Positions 10,795 through 23,390 of a stretch of 64,000 nucleotides of DNA are shown here, one piece after another. Origin of the DNA: Heptranchias perlo (lineage: Eukaryota); NCBI RefSeq assembly GCF_035084215.1, contig NC_090329.1:35526001-35590000 (forward strand). The letters are read 5' to 3'. Under the pieces are notes generated by a model, which searched no databases, had not been told where the DNA came from, and saw only the letters and a program-made list of their open reading frames with translations. Made by a program: the position numbers and the translations under genes. Positions within the stretch are counted from its first letter, which is position 1. The number at the start of each line of letters is the position of its first letter.

Positions 10795-11250
10795 TCAATC
10801 CCTGATCTGCACTGAGCTAGCTTGTCTCAGATGGAGCAGCAGTAGGGGGAGGTTCAATGCCTCTGGGCGAGCAAGCAGAAAAAGAAGCCTCGATTTTTTG
10901 TGATGCCCTCACAGTTGAATAGTTTCCCAACATTCATACTTTTTTTTTGCTCATCAATTTTCTTCTCTCCTCACCACTCCTGAAGACTCCTTGCTGAGAT
11001 AAAAATTCCACCAGTAACCCTGTCCTCACCCGATTTCTATATGAACGCACTAAGAGTTTGCACGCTCAAAATCAGAAGTGGGAATCCTGGCTGATTCCCC
11101 CCTCCCTATCTCTGGAATGCTGAGGTCAATTGGCACACCTTAACTACTGCCCCGATTGAAATCAGCTAACACAGCCTGGATGGGAAAAATGAACTAGAAA
11201 TATTCTGATCTGTATAATCTAATACTGCAACAGATCGTGCCTTTAAACAC
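10795..11250. mobile_element. Two degraded AmnSINE2-like copies in opposite orientation
   Basis: Plus copy (TCAATCCCTGATCTGCACTGAGCTAGC) then minus copy (GAGGTCAATTG...ATCAGCTAAC). Confidence 0.55.
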
Positions 11251-11700
11251 TAGAATGTGATAACTGGCCACCAGGGTGAGGCACCAACAATGAGTTGGCC
11301 CCTTCAAACAGGAGAGGAGTAAAATGGAAGGCAAAAGATTGAAGAATAATGGATAGATTACTGGAAAATAACACCGTTAGTATCTGCAATATTTTCTGAA
11401 AAACAACTGCAGATTATCACAACTAATTTGCAGTGATTATGTTGTAATTATTTGTTCTTTAGTGATGTTACTATGTAATGAAAACATCAGGGGGTATACT
11501 GGCTGTTGGTGTGCACAATGACACTCACTACTGGCAAAACAGAGTGAAAACGGAATAAAATGTACCCTAACAATTGCACTGTGCGCACTGCATTATTAAA
11601 AGAAGCTACATATGTGAGTAATTTCCAGGCAGTAGTTTCATCTTCGAGTTCAGATGATGATTATAAATTGGTTGAAATTTGCTCTCTCAGGATTAATCTT

Positions 11701-11956
11701 GCAGGGTGTCGAATTTACTGCATACAGTCAGTGTACCTGTCAGGTAGGGCACCTCATTTGCAGCACATGGTCCAGTCTACTCATCAGGCAGGGTGTTTAA
11801 TCTAATTCATACAGTCTACCTGAATGACAGGGTGCCTAATCTATTGTTTATGGCCAGACTACCAGACAGGCAGACTACCTAACCTGCTAAATATAGTTAG
11901 TCCACTTGTCAGACTGGGCACCTAATCTACTGTGTACGGTCAGTCAACTTGTCAGT
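11701..11956. repeat. Degenerate minisatellite, about 43-bp unit, 6 copies
   Basis: Approximate consensus GCAGGGYRCCTAATCTACTGYATAYRGTCAGTCTACYTGTCAG recurring at about 43-bp spacing. Confidence 0.75.
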
Positions 11957-12575
11957 CATGCATTTTCACTCCTCCAGTGCTTGTAGTTCTCTGTTGCCTG
12001 GGGAACCACTGAACAATGCTGCTGGTAACTGAGGGATGGCTTCAGGTTGTCCGGTACTGGAATTGATCAATGTGAATAGACACCATTCGCTGCAATTGCT
12101 CAGGAGGGTGAAAGGATAACAAAAGCTCCAGTAAACGTATTGAGAGCATAACTGAAGGAATCTACTGCTTAAATGTACATGTGGAAGACATGAAATCCAA
12201 GGGAAAACCTGCAGCTAAAGTCCACTTGGAAAAGTTAACAGTTTTATGTCTCTCTGGGAAGTGTTAAAAATATTTGTGCCAATAATTCATTTAGCATCTC
12301 CAAATCAGACTTTCACGATCTTTGTTTTTGCTGTGCAAATACCTCGACAAATAAATAGTAACATAGGCCTCGAAACTGCTGGGGCTGGATCTCCGCTCCA
12401 CTCAACACGACCCCTCCCCACCTCAGGAGGGCAGACGAAAGATCCACCCAGTTCTCCCCATTGGAGCCAGGACCCATCCCATTTTTATCCCCTCCCTCCT
12501 CCACACCCCGCCCCCCACCCCCCACCACCCCTCCCACCCAGCCCCCTCAACCCCAGGTGTAACTGCTATTTACAT

Positions 12576-13240
12576 CGCTGCAGGAGTTCCTCAAGGTATC
12601 ATCCTAGGCCGAACTATCTTTAGCTGCTTCACCGATGACTTCCCCTCCATCATAAGGTCAGAAATGGGGCTGTTTGCTGATGATTTCACAATGTTCATCT
12701 CGATTTGCAATTCCTCAGATAATACCCGCAAAAAGATCTGAACAACATTCCGGCTTGGGCTGATAAATGGCAACAACATAAATTCCATCCATTGACCATC
12801 TCCAACAAGAGAGAGCCTCATCATCTCAAGAAGGACAAAGCAGGTCCACTTGATCAGCACCTCACCCGCTAGCCTAAACATCCACCTCCTCCACCACCGG
12901 TGTACTGCGGCTGCAGCAAGTCACCAAAGCTTCTTCAGCAGCACCTCCCGAACAGATGACCTCCACCCCCTAGAAGGCCAAGGACAGCAGGTGCATGGTG
13001 ACACCATCACCTCCAACGTTCCCCTCCAAGTCACACACGGTGCTGATTTGGAGATATATCGCCGTTCCTTCATTGTCACTGAGTCAAAATCCTGGAATCC
13101 CCAACCTAATAGCATTGTGGGAGCACCTTCACCACATGGATTGCGGTGGTTCAAGAAGGAGGCTCACTGCCACCTTCTCCAGGGCAACTAGGAGTGGGGG
13201 TGCTGGCGATACCGACATCCCAAGAATGAATTTTTAAAAA
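12576..13240 (+). mobile_element. CR1/Zenon-like LINE 3' fragment, degraded
   Basis: LFADD-like RT remnant and C-terminal EIYRRSFIV..KSWN motif; 3' end homologous to 15688-16310. Confidence 0.8.
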
Positions 13241-15687
13241 TTAGTTGATTTCCATCTATTATTGTTTTTATGCTGTGTGTAAAACCTCCAGGACATAGAA
13301 TCATAGAATGGTTACAGCACAGAAGGAGGCCATTCGGACCGTCGGGTCCGTGCCGTCTCTCTGCATGAGCAGTCCAGCTAGTCCCACTCCCCCGACCTTT
13401 CCCTGAAGCCCTGTAAATTGTTTTCTTTCAAATACTTATCCAATTCCCTTTTGAAAGCCATGATTGAATCTGTTTCCACCACCCTTTCAGGCAGCGCATT
13501 CCAGATCATAACTAAAAAAGTTTTTCCTCATGTCGCCTTTGGTTCTTTTGCCAATCACCTTAAATCTGTGCCCTCTGGTTCTGAACCCTTCCGCCAATGG
13601 GAACAGTTTCTCTCTATCTACTCTGTCTAGACCCCTCGTGATTTTGAAAACCTCTATCAAATCTTCTCTCAGCCTTCTCTGCCCTGAGGAGAACATCTCC
13701 AGCTTCTCCAGTGTATCCACGTAACTGAAGTCCCTCATCCCTGGAACCATTCTAGTAAGACTTTTCTGCACCCTCTCTAAGGCCTTTACATCCTTCCTAA
13801 AGTGTGGTGCCCAGAAATGGACATAATACACCAGTTGTGGCTGAACCAATGTTTTATAAAGGTTCATCATAACCTCTTAGCTTTTGTACTCTATGCTTCT
13901 ATTTATTAAAGCCCAGGATCCCGTATGCTTTTATAACCGCTTTCTCAACCTGTGCCACCTTCAACGACCTGTGCACATATACCCCCAGGTGTCTCTGTTC
14001 CTGCACCCCCTTTAGAATTGTACCCTTTAGTTTATATTGCCTCTCCTCATTCTTCCTACCAAAATGTATCACTTCGCACTTCTCTGCGTTAAATTTCATC
14101 TGTCACATGTCTGCCCATTCCACTGACCTGCCTATGTCCTCTTGAAGTCCATTATTATCCTCCTCACTGTTCACTACACTTCCAAGTTTTGCATCATCTG
14201 CAAATTTGGAAATTGTGCCCTGTGCATCCAAGTCCAGGTCATTAATATATATCAAGAAAAGCAGTGGTCCTAGTATCGATCCCTGGGGAACACCACTATA
14301 TACCTTCCTCCAGTCCGAAAAACAACCATTCACCACTACTATCTGTTTCCTGTCACTTGGCTAATTTTGTATCATGCCGCCACTGCCCCTTTTATTCCAT
14401 GGGCTTCAACTTTGCTGACAAGCCTATCAGGTGGCACTTTATCAAACGCCTTTTGGAAGTCCAAATACACCACATCAACCGCATTGCCCTCATCAACCCT
14501 TTCCGTTACCTCATCAAAAAACTCAATCAGGTTAGTTAAACGCGATTTACCTTTAACAAATCCATGCTGGCTTTCCTTAATTAATTCACACTTGCCCAAG
14601 TGACTGTTAATTTTGTCCCGGATTATTGTTTCTAAAAGCTTTCCCACCATCGAGGTTACACTGACCGGTCTGTAGTTGCTGGGTTTATCCTTACACCCTT
14701 TTTTGAACAAGGTTCTCCAGTCCTCTGGCACCACCCCCAGATCTAAAGATGATTGGAAGATTATGGCCAGTATCTCTGCAATTTCCACCCTTACTTCCTT
14801 CAGCAACCTAGGATGCATCCCATCCGGATCTGGTGACTTATCTACTTTAAGTACAGCCAGCTTTTCTAGTACCTCTTCTTTATCAATTTTTCGCCCTTCA
14901 GAATCTCAACTACCTCCTCTTTTACTGTGACTTTGGCAGCATCTTCTTCCTTGGTAAAGACAGCTGCAAAGTACTCATTTAGTACCTCAGCCATGCCCTC
15001 TATTTCTATGAGTAGATCTCCTTTTTGGTCCCTAATCAGTCCCACCCCTCCTCTATTACCCGGTTACATGCCCAAAGAAGACTTTTGAATTCCCTTTTAT
15101 GTTGGCTGCCAGTCTATTCTCATTCTCTCTCTTTGCCCCTCTTATTTCCTTTTTCACTTCTCCTCTGAACTTTCCATATTCAGCCTGGTTCTCACTTGTA
15201 TTATCAACATAACATCTGTCATATGTCCCCTTTTTCTGCTTCATTTTACTCTCTATCTCTTTCGTCATACAGGGAGCTCTGGCTTTTGTTGCCCTGCCTT
15301 TCCCCCTGGTGGGAATGTACCTAGACAGTACCAGAACCATCTCCTCTTTAAAGGCTGCCCATTGTTCGATTACAGTTTTGCCTGCCAACCTTTGATTCCA
15401 ATTTACCCGGGCCAGACCCGTTCTCAACCCACTGAAATTGGCCCTCCCCCAATTAAGTATTTTTACTCTAAATACCTTCTTGTCCTTTTCCATAGCTAAT
15501 CTAAACCTTTTCATACTATGATCGCTGTTCCCTAAATGTTCCCCCATTGACACTTGCTCCACTTAACCCACCTAATTCCTCAGAACCAGATCCAGCAATG
15601 CCTCCTTCTCGTTGGGCCGGAAAAATACTAATCAAAAAAGTTCTCCTGAACACACTTCACAAATCTCTCCCCCTCTCTGCCCTTTTC

Positions 15688-16310
15688 ACTGTGGCTACAA
15701 GAGCAGTCAGAGGCTGGGTATTCCCCTCCGAGTGACTCATCTCCTGACTCCCCAAAGCCTTTCCACCCATCTACAAGGCACAAGTCAGGAGTGTGATGGA
15801 ATATTCTCCACTTGCATGGATGAGTGCAGCTCCAACAACACTCAAGAACCTCGACACCATCCAGGACAAAGCAGCCTGCTTGATTGGCACCCCATCCACC
15901 ACCCTAAACATTCACTCCCTTCACCACCGGCGCACCGTGGCTGCAGTGTGTACCATCTACAGGATGCACTGCAGCAACTCCCCAAGGCTTCTTCAACAGC
16001 ATCTCCCAAACCTGCGACCTCTACCACCTAGAAGGACAAGGGCAGTAAGCACTTGGGAACAACACCACCTGCACATTCCCCTCCAAGTCACACACCATTC
16101 CGACTTGGAAATATATCACCGTTCATTCATCGTCGCTGGGTCAAAATCCTGGAACTCCCTTCCTAACAGCACTGTGGGAGAACCTTCGCCTCACAGACTG
16201 CAGCGGTTTAAGAAGGCGGCTCACCACCACCTTCTCGAGGGCAATTAGGGATGGGCAATAAATGCTGGCCTTGACAGTGATGCCCACATTCCATGAACGA
16301 ATAAAAAAAA
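15688..16310 (+). mobile_element. CR1/Zenon-like LINE 3' fragment nested in CR1
   Basis: EYSPLAWMSAAPTTLKNLDTIQDKAA...HSLHHRRTVAAVC; ends GGGCAATAAATGCTGGCC...AATAAAAAAAAA. Confidence 0.88.
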
Positions 16311-16338
16311 ATATTACTATCCCAGTCTATATTAGGAT

Positions 16339-16467
16339 AGATGTGGAGATGCCGGTGATGGACTGGGGTTGACAAATGTAAACAATCTTACAACACCAAG
16401 TTATAGTCCAACAATTTTATTTGAAAATCACAAGCTTTCGGAGGCTTCCTCCTTCCTCAGGTGAATG
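16339..16467 (-). mobile_element. Solo PLE pLTR fragment containing a hammerhead (about 16427-16466)
   Basis: Homologous to 1513-1640; minus strand UCAC-CUGAGGA-A-GGAGG-AAG-CCUCC-GAAA-GC-UU-GUGA. Confidence 0.88.
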
Positions 16468-16825
16468 ACATGACCTGTATTGTTTCTTAACTCTAACCAA
16501 ATAGATTCTGTCCTTGACCCCTCCAGGACATTCTTTCTCTCCAGCACTGTTATATTCTCCTTAATCAATACTGCCACCGCCCCCCTCCTTTCTTTCCTTC
16601 CCTACCTTTCCTGAACACTTTGTATCCAGGAATATTTAGAACCCAATCCTGCCATTTTTTGAGCCAGGTCTCTGATATTGCCATGACATCATATTCCCAT
16701 GTGGCTATTTGCGCCTGTAGCTCACTAACCTTATTTGTCACGCCTTGTGGGTTTACACACATGCACTGTAGACCTATCTTAGACCTTCTTGTATTCACTC
16801 ACTGCAGTCTTTTTCTGCATTGTAT

Positions 16826-17095
16826 GTGGGTGAAATTGGTCATTGGCGGTATCGTAAAACGGGCGAAGTTATTAGATATGCCCGTTGTACTTCCTGCTCG
16901 ATATTCAGTTCCACTGACTTCAATAGAATTGATTATCAAATGGGGCATATAACAGGTGGTCAACAATACCATCCGGTCAGCGATACCATCCGGTCAACAA
17001 TACCATCCGGTCAGCGATACCATTCGGTTAGCAATACCATCCGGTCAGCGATACCATCCGGTCAGCACCACCAGCCAAGGTGAATTATTACCCCC
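16826..17095. mobile_element. MITE with an internal 17-bp tandem array (16961-17062, 6 units)
   Basis: Ends GTGGGTGAAATT / AATTATTACCCCC; unit CARCRATACCATCCGGT. Confidence 0.65.
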
Positions 17096-17171
17096 ATGTG
17101 TTTCAAAGATACCATTTGATTCATATGGCCATTCAATAGTCGACTTCACTTTATCATCCTCTATGATCATA

Positions 17172-18085
17172 GTATCATAGTAGGTATAGCACAGGAGGAG
17201 GCCATTCGGCCCATCGTGCCTGTGTCATCTCTTTGAAAGAGTTATTCAATTAGTCCCATTCCCCTGCTCTCTCCCCATAGCCCTGCAAATTTTTTCTCTT
17301 CAAGTATTTATCCATTTGGCTTTTGAAAGTTACTATTGAATCTGCTTTCACCCCCCTTTCAGGCAGTGCATTCCAGATCATAACAACTTGTGCGTAAAAA
17401 TCTGTTTCCTCATGTTGCCTCTGGCTCTTCTGCCGATCAGCTTAAATCTGTGTCCTCTGGTTACTGACCCTTCTGCCACAGGAAACAGTTTCTCCTTATT
17501 TACTCTGTCAAAACCCTGCATGATCTTGAACACCTCGATCAAATCTCCCCTTCACCTTCTCTGTTCTAAGGCGAACAACCCCAGCTTCTCCAGTCTACCC
17601 GTTCTTGGGGATCAAAATGTATCTCTATGCCACCATTAATAAAGCCCAGGATCCCAAATGCTTTTTTAACAGCCTTCTCAACTTATTTTGCCACCTTCAA
17701 AGATTTTTGTATATGCACCCCCAGGTCTAACAGTTCCTGCACCCCCTTTAAAATTGTACCATTTAGTTTATATTGTTTCTCCTCATTCTTCCTACCAAAA
17801 TGCATCACTTCACACTTCTCTGCATTAAATTTCATCTGCCATGTATCTGCCCATTTCACCAGTCTCTCTATGTCCTTCTGAAGTATGTTACTATTCTTCA
17901 CATTGTTTACTACATTCCCGAGTTGCGTGTCATCTGCAAACTTTGAAATTATACCCTCTCTACCCAAGTCCAGGTCATTAATATATATCAAAAAGAGCAA
18001 TTGTCCTAATACTGACCCCTGGGGAACACCACTGTATACTTCCCTCCAGTCTGAAAAACATGCGTTCACCACTACTTACTGCTTT
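17172..18085 (-). mobile_element. CR1 LINE 3' fragment, internally deleted
   Basis: SGVPQGSVLG, KFADDT and WQMKFNAEKCEV in ORF 17683-18072; CR1 tail at left. Confidence 0.9.
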
Positions 18086-20803
18086 CAAATGGAGATATAC
18101 TGCAACTTTCATCATCAAAAAGTAACAACAATTTTGTGTCATTTCTTTTGTAGAACTAAAATATTCAGCGGATTTATTTTGCGTTTTTTTATTTGGAACT
18201 TAACTTTTTCTGTCCTAAAAGTAGCATTTGGTTGAGACCAACTGTGGATATTAAAAGGCTATAGATTGTAGAACAAAGAAGTGACTAAGGTTTATAAGGA
18301 TTTTCACAGTTTGAAGGTCATTTTATTTACTTTTATTGAGCAACAATCAAGGCCCTATGGATGGGATTCCCTTCTTTGTAGCAGTATCATGGTAGGATGG
18401 GATTTTCACCCATTGCCCTGGAACAATTCAGGCCTAACCCATTTCCCTATGTCAGAGGTCATTTTCTATGCAGGTGGACTGCTGGCAGGGTTCCTGTCAC
18501 CAAGAGGGAGTCCGCCACTGTGAGGGAGCAAAATCCCTATGGTGTTGCAACGAAACTGGGGCTGCAACACCAAAAGAAGCAGCTGCGGATTAAAAGGGGG
18601 CAGAAGAGCCCCAAAATGGACTCTAAACCTTTTTTTTTGGGCTTCTACTGAGACTGGGGCCGAAAATAGCAAATGCATTGGGTCATTCTGGAGGGAGAGG
18701 AGGCCAAGCCCTTGGAAGCCATACAAATTGTGTGACCTCGGCCTGACCCTGCAAACTTTGGTAGGGCCAGCAACAGAGGTCAGGGTGGTAAATCTAGGCA
18801 CTTACACCAAGATACATTGCCCCTAGACTTTTGGCCCCTGTATAATGAGCCTTGATTTCAACATTATGAGGGTGGAGGAACAGTGTGCATCATGTGAGGT
18901 TTGGTACCTGCAGAATGCTTCCAGTAATCAGGTCGACACAGCATATCCGTACCTTAATGTCATCCAGGTTTGGGTGGAGTAAGAGATAGAGCAAGGGCCT
19001 GATTTCAACAAGGTCAGGATGCAAGGAGCAGGAATAATTGCAGTATTCCATATTTGGAGCGTTGGAGGAGCAAGCGAGGGAAGTTTGGAAAAAAGGGTTT
19101 ATTCCTACGAACCAAAGACAGTTGAAGTCAGCCTCCTCTGCACAAAGTGTTCAATGTAATTCTCAAACATTACATTAGTTATGTGAAATGAAAGACTACA
19201 CCCCATTCTTTAGCACAGGTCAGACAAATAGCAGAAAACAGTGTGGAAAAGGCATGGAAATCAACGCCAATTAATAGTTTGATTTCTCTGTCAATATTCT
19301 ATCATATTCCATCATTACTCTTTCACAAAATGGCATTAATACTAAATTTAAGTGCTCACTGCATTTCCTGTAATGAAATTGAATTTGCTGTCATATCCAA
19401 CATATTTGCAATCCCCCATTAATCCATTTAGTAGACCGAGAGATTGACTCGGCTGGGGGGGACGTTCCCGAGAGGAGTCAATTAAAATTTACATATATTT
19501 TATTTTATTGCTTGCAAACAAGAAAGTTGACGAGGTGCACAAGAGACCCTGAGGGAAAAACTCTCTTTGGGGGAGGGAAAGTGCATCCCAGCATAGGTGC
19601 TGGGCTGTGTCCTCTGGAGACCTCCGCCGCTGATCCTGCCACAGTTCACGGGGTCACGGGTGCCCATGCAACTAGAGGCATATTTTGTCCCTGCCCCAGA
19701 TGGCCAGGAATTCAGGGTGGGGGGTGGGTGTGCGGGTGGGATTCTAGCTCCTTCGAAAAACAAAATATTTGCTGTCTTTGTAAGGGGTTGAAAAATATTG
19801 AAAAATTTTGGAGATCTTCAAGAGTCCAGGCCACATCCTGGAGCTGGACCTCCCAGTGGAACCCGTGTACCCTCAGTCCTCAAAGGATACCTGGTCTCAG
19901 CGGGAATACTGCTGTTGATGCAAAGCCTTTCTGAAGGGCAGGGATATGGAAACTCCTGGCATTGGGAGTCCCCACTCCCAGCCCTGCTTCCTTCTGCATC
20001 ATGGCTTTGTTAGAATGGGTGGAGGCTCCACCCCTGAGAAGACCTCAGGGAAAAATGGATATAACGCCTGGATCCAGTGTATCCAGGCCCTGGCATAATT
20101 TCCACCCCTTCCAGCATACTCTTTTCAGCCCACTGGCTATATAGCAACATACTTTATCACCTTTGGAGGTGGATGAATTTAAAGATTATTTGACTTTTCT
20201 CGGTGGATGAATCTTCAAATAAAGTTGATGTGATGAACACTGTACAACTGAGATGATCAATCAAGCAGCCTTGATCTTTACCATCATTAGTCAGGCTGAT
20301 ATTTAGAAGTGAGGGTCTCTTCAAAGGAGTTTCTTGCTTCTACCAAGGAATTCTGAAATAGGGGTTTTGAGTAGCTGAGATATTGAATCAGTGATCTGTT
20401 TTCACAGGGAAACAAAGGGCATTTAAACTAAACTGCCTTCTGCAACAATTCTTATTATTATTCTGTCACAGTTTGCATGCTCTCTTTATGCACCAAGTGA
20501 CAATCATGGAATCAAAGGTATCAATCTCAGGGTGATTCTCTTCACTATTTACATGAATGTCTGGAAGTGGGACTTGTGAGGACGCAACGATCATTCAAGT
20601 TGGCCATTTCACTCGCTGCCAGATGTCCGATCCACTCAAAATGTTGCTGGTGGCCTACAGGGGCTGTCCGTCCAAAGGGCTTGCTTCACCTAATGTCCTA
20701 GGGGTATGCCCAAGGTGAACTGAAAAGTTTGTACTTGAGAGTGCCTGACAATCCAGAGAGACTTTCCCCTCATCACCCATCACAAATTACATAGAATTAC
20801 TTA

Positions 20804-21487
20804 GGCCTCGATTTTAAGTCAGGGTGGGATCGGTGCGAGGGGGGTGGTGGAGGGGGAGGCTCGACCAGCTGGCATGTCGAGGCCCGGAGAGATTTTAGCT
20901 CCCGGGCCTCATTTACACATGCAAGATCGTACTCCCGCTTGAACCCAGCAGGAGTCACTGCCTGGCTGCCGGGTGGGAGCAGGAATTCGGGTGGCAGGAG
21001 TGTGCTGCCAGGTCCTGAGGCACAGTTCCCGGTACAAGGTAAATCCATTGGAGGGAAATCCCCATCAAAAGAGGTGGGGGCTGGGGGTTAGGCGGGGGTG
21101 GTGGGGGGAAGCCCAGTGCAGTTTCCTTTAGGGGCTTGGAGGAGCACAAGGAAACTATATATAAAAAAATTAAATTCATCTCACTGGGCTTTCACTGACC
21201 CTGGCTCCTTGTCCCAGTAGGGGTGGCCTGGCACGGGGAGCCACTACTGCTCCTCCACTCAGGCCTCAGGTTAAAATGGCAGATCAGATTGCGATGAGGT
21301 CATCAGTGTCCCACCTGCATATTTAAAGAGAACCCCCATCGGCTTGGGGCGAGTGTCATTACTGTTTTAAAATTACAGTTGGCCAGAATGGAGCGGAAAC
21401 AGAACGGGTATGTCCCCGCTCCATTTTAACTGCCCCAACCCCCACTGCCTGATTTCCACCAAGTGGGAGGGAGTTAAAATCGAGTCC
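20804..21487. mobile_element. Harbinger-type MITE inserted in a CR1 tail
   Basis: TIRs GGCCTCGATTTTAA / TTAAAATCGAGTCC. Confidence 0.8.
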
Positions 21488-22160
21488 ACATAATCTATAG
21501 CACAGAAACAGGCCATTCAGCTTAAGTAGTCTATGCTGCTGTTTATGCTCCACAGGAGCCTCCTCCCTCCCTACTTCATCCAATCCTATCATCATATCCT
21601 TCTATTCCTTTTCCTTTCTATTCTATTCTATTCTATTCACTTCAACTACTCCTTGTGGTAGCGAGTTCCACATTCTAACCACTCTCTGGGTGAAGAAGTT
21701 TCTCCAGAATTCCCGATAATTATGGCCCCTAGTTCTGGTCTTCCCTGCAAGTGGAAACATCTTCTGTACATCTACATTATCAAACTCTTTCATAATCTTA
21801 AAGACCTCTATCAGGTCATGCCTCAGTCTTTTTTCGAGAGAAAAGAGCCCCAGCCTGCTTAATCTTTCCTGATAGGTATAACCTCTTAGTTCTGGTATCA
21901 TCCTAGTAAAACTTTTTTGTACCTTCTCCAGTGCCTCTATTCCCTTTTTATAATGTGGAGACCAGAACTGTTCACTGTACTCCAAGTGTGATCTAACCAA
22001 GGTTCTATACAAGTTTAACATGATTTCTCTGCTTTTCAATTCTATCCCTCTGGAAATGAACCCCAGTGCTTGATTTGCTTTTTCGATGGCGTCACTACTT
22101 TTAATGATTTGTGTATTTGTACCCCCAGATCCCTTTGCTCCACTACCCCATTTAGACACT
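21488..22160 (-). mobile_element. CR1 LINE 3' fragment
   Basis: LYRTLVRSHLEY..FWSP, LGLFSLEKR, FFTQRVVRMWNSLP. Confidence 0.9.
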
Positions 22161-22162
22161 TA

Positions 22163-23077
22163 GGGCTCAATTTTATGGGGAAATTGCGGGTGCGTTGGGG
22201 GCAGGGGGGCTCTGAAAATCGTGGAAATCCCGTTCGGGTTCGGAAGCCGGCTCCAACCTGTCGACTTCCGAGTTCCCCACGGACGCACCTGTTCGCGCGC
22301 GGGCGTCCTGAATCCAGAAGTCCCGCTGGCTTTATGATAGTTAAAGAGCCAAATGTGCCTCATTGAGATACTTAAGGCACTTTACTTGTGACAGATTACG
22401 TGGTTAGAACGATTTTTAACTTACCTGGACGGCTTGCCCACCGCTTCTGATTCATGCCTGGTGAAACCAGACATAAAGGGCCGGATCAGGGAAAAAGCAA
22501 CAAAATAAAATACATCAAATACCATTGCAGGAAGTTAAAACACAAAATCAAACTACCTTTCCACCCTGCCCCGATGTCCGATGTCTCCCTTTCCAATCTC
22601 CCCCTCTTCACCCACCCCCCCCGCCCCAATGTCCTGGTCTTCCCCTCTCCCCCTGATCTTCCTCTCTCCCCCCAATCTTCACCCCCGTGATGCCCCCCCC
22701 GATATCCCCCTCTTTACCTCCCCGATGTCCCCCCGATCTCCCCCTCTACACCCCCCCTCGACGTCCTACCGATCTCCCCCTCTTCACCTCTCCGATGTCC
22801 CGATCTTCCTCACTGTCCCGATCTTCCACTCCCCCGCCTCGATCTTCCAGTCCCCCCCCGATCCTCCTTTCCCCCCCGATCCTCCTTTCCCCCCCGATCC
22901 TCCTCTCCCCCCCGATCTTCCTCACTGCCTCCATCTTCCACTCCCCTGCCCCGATCTTCCACTCCCCCCGATCTTCCTCTCTTCCCCCCCTAGCTTCTAC
23001 TCTCCCCCCTAGCTTCTACTCTCCCCCCGATCTTCAACTCTCCACCCCCGATCTTCCACTCTCTCCCCTCCGATCTT
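22163..23077. mobile_element. Left part of a Harbinger-type MITE with a long C-rich degenerate tandem tract (22570-23077)
   Basis: Starts GGGCTCAATTTTA; many CCCCCGATCTTCC-type units. Confidence 0.65.
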
Positions 23078-23390
23078 CCCACCTCCCAAACCTGCGACCT
23101 CTACCACCTAGAAGGACAAGTACAGCAGGTGCATCGAACACCACCACCTGCACGTTCCCCTCCAAGTCACACACCATCCTGACTTGGAAATATATCGCCG
23201 TTCCTTCATCGTCGCTGGGTCAAAATCCTGGAACTCCCTACTTAACAGCACTATGGGAGACCCTTCACCTCACGGACTGCAGCGGTTCAAGAAGGCGGCT
23301 CACCACCACCTTCTCAAGGGCAATTAGAGATAGGCAATAAATGCTGGCCTTGCCAGCAACGCCCACACCCCATGCATGAATTAAATAAAA
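23078..23390 (+). mobile_element. CR1/Zenon-like LINE 3' end
   Basis: Near-identical to 16000-16310. Confidence 0.88.

Larger units (their letters stand above)
13294..16800 (-). mobile_element. CR1 LINE ORF2 remnant (EN through RT to 3' tail) with two nested insertions
   Basis: Fragments ISETWL, GNSDH, NYRPVSVTS, QHGF, YLDFQKAFDKVP, SGVPQGSILGP, KFADD. 3' microsatellite CATAGAATCATAGAA at the left end. Confidence 0.93.

Noticed and set aside
20230-20299. C/D snoRNA-like layout (GTGATGA..CTGA.ATGATCA..CTGA)
   Set aside because: Only 1 nt separates D' and C', there is no convincing terminal stem, and I recognised no rRNA-complementary guide. Such a match is plausible by chance in 64 kb; snoscan or Infernal would settle it.
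22581-23340. Long Pro/Ser-rich ORFs
   Set aside because: Products of a C-rich low-complexity tract lacking stops, running across a MITE/LINE junction.
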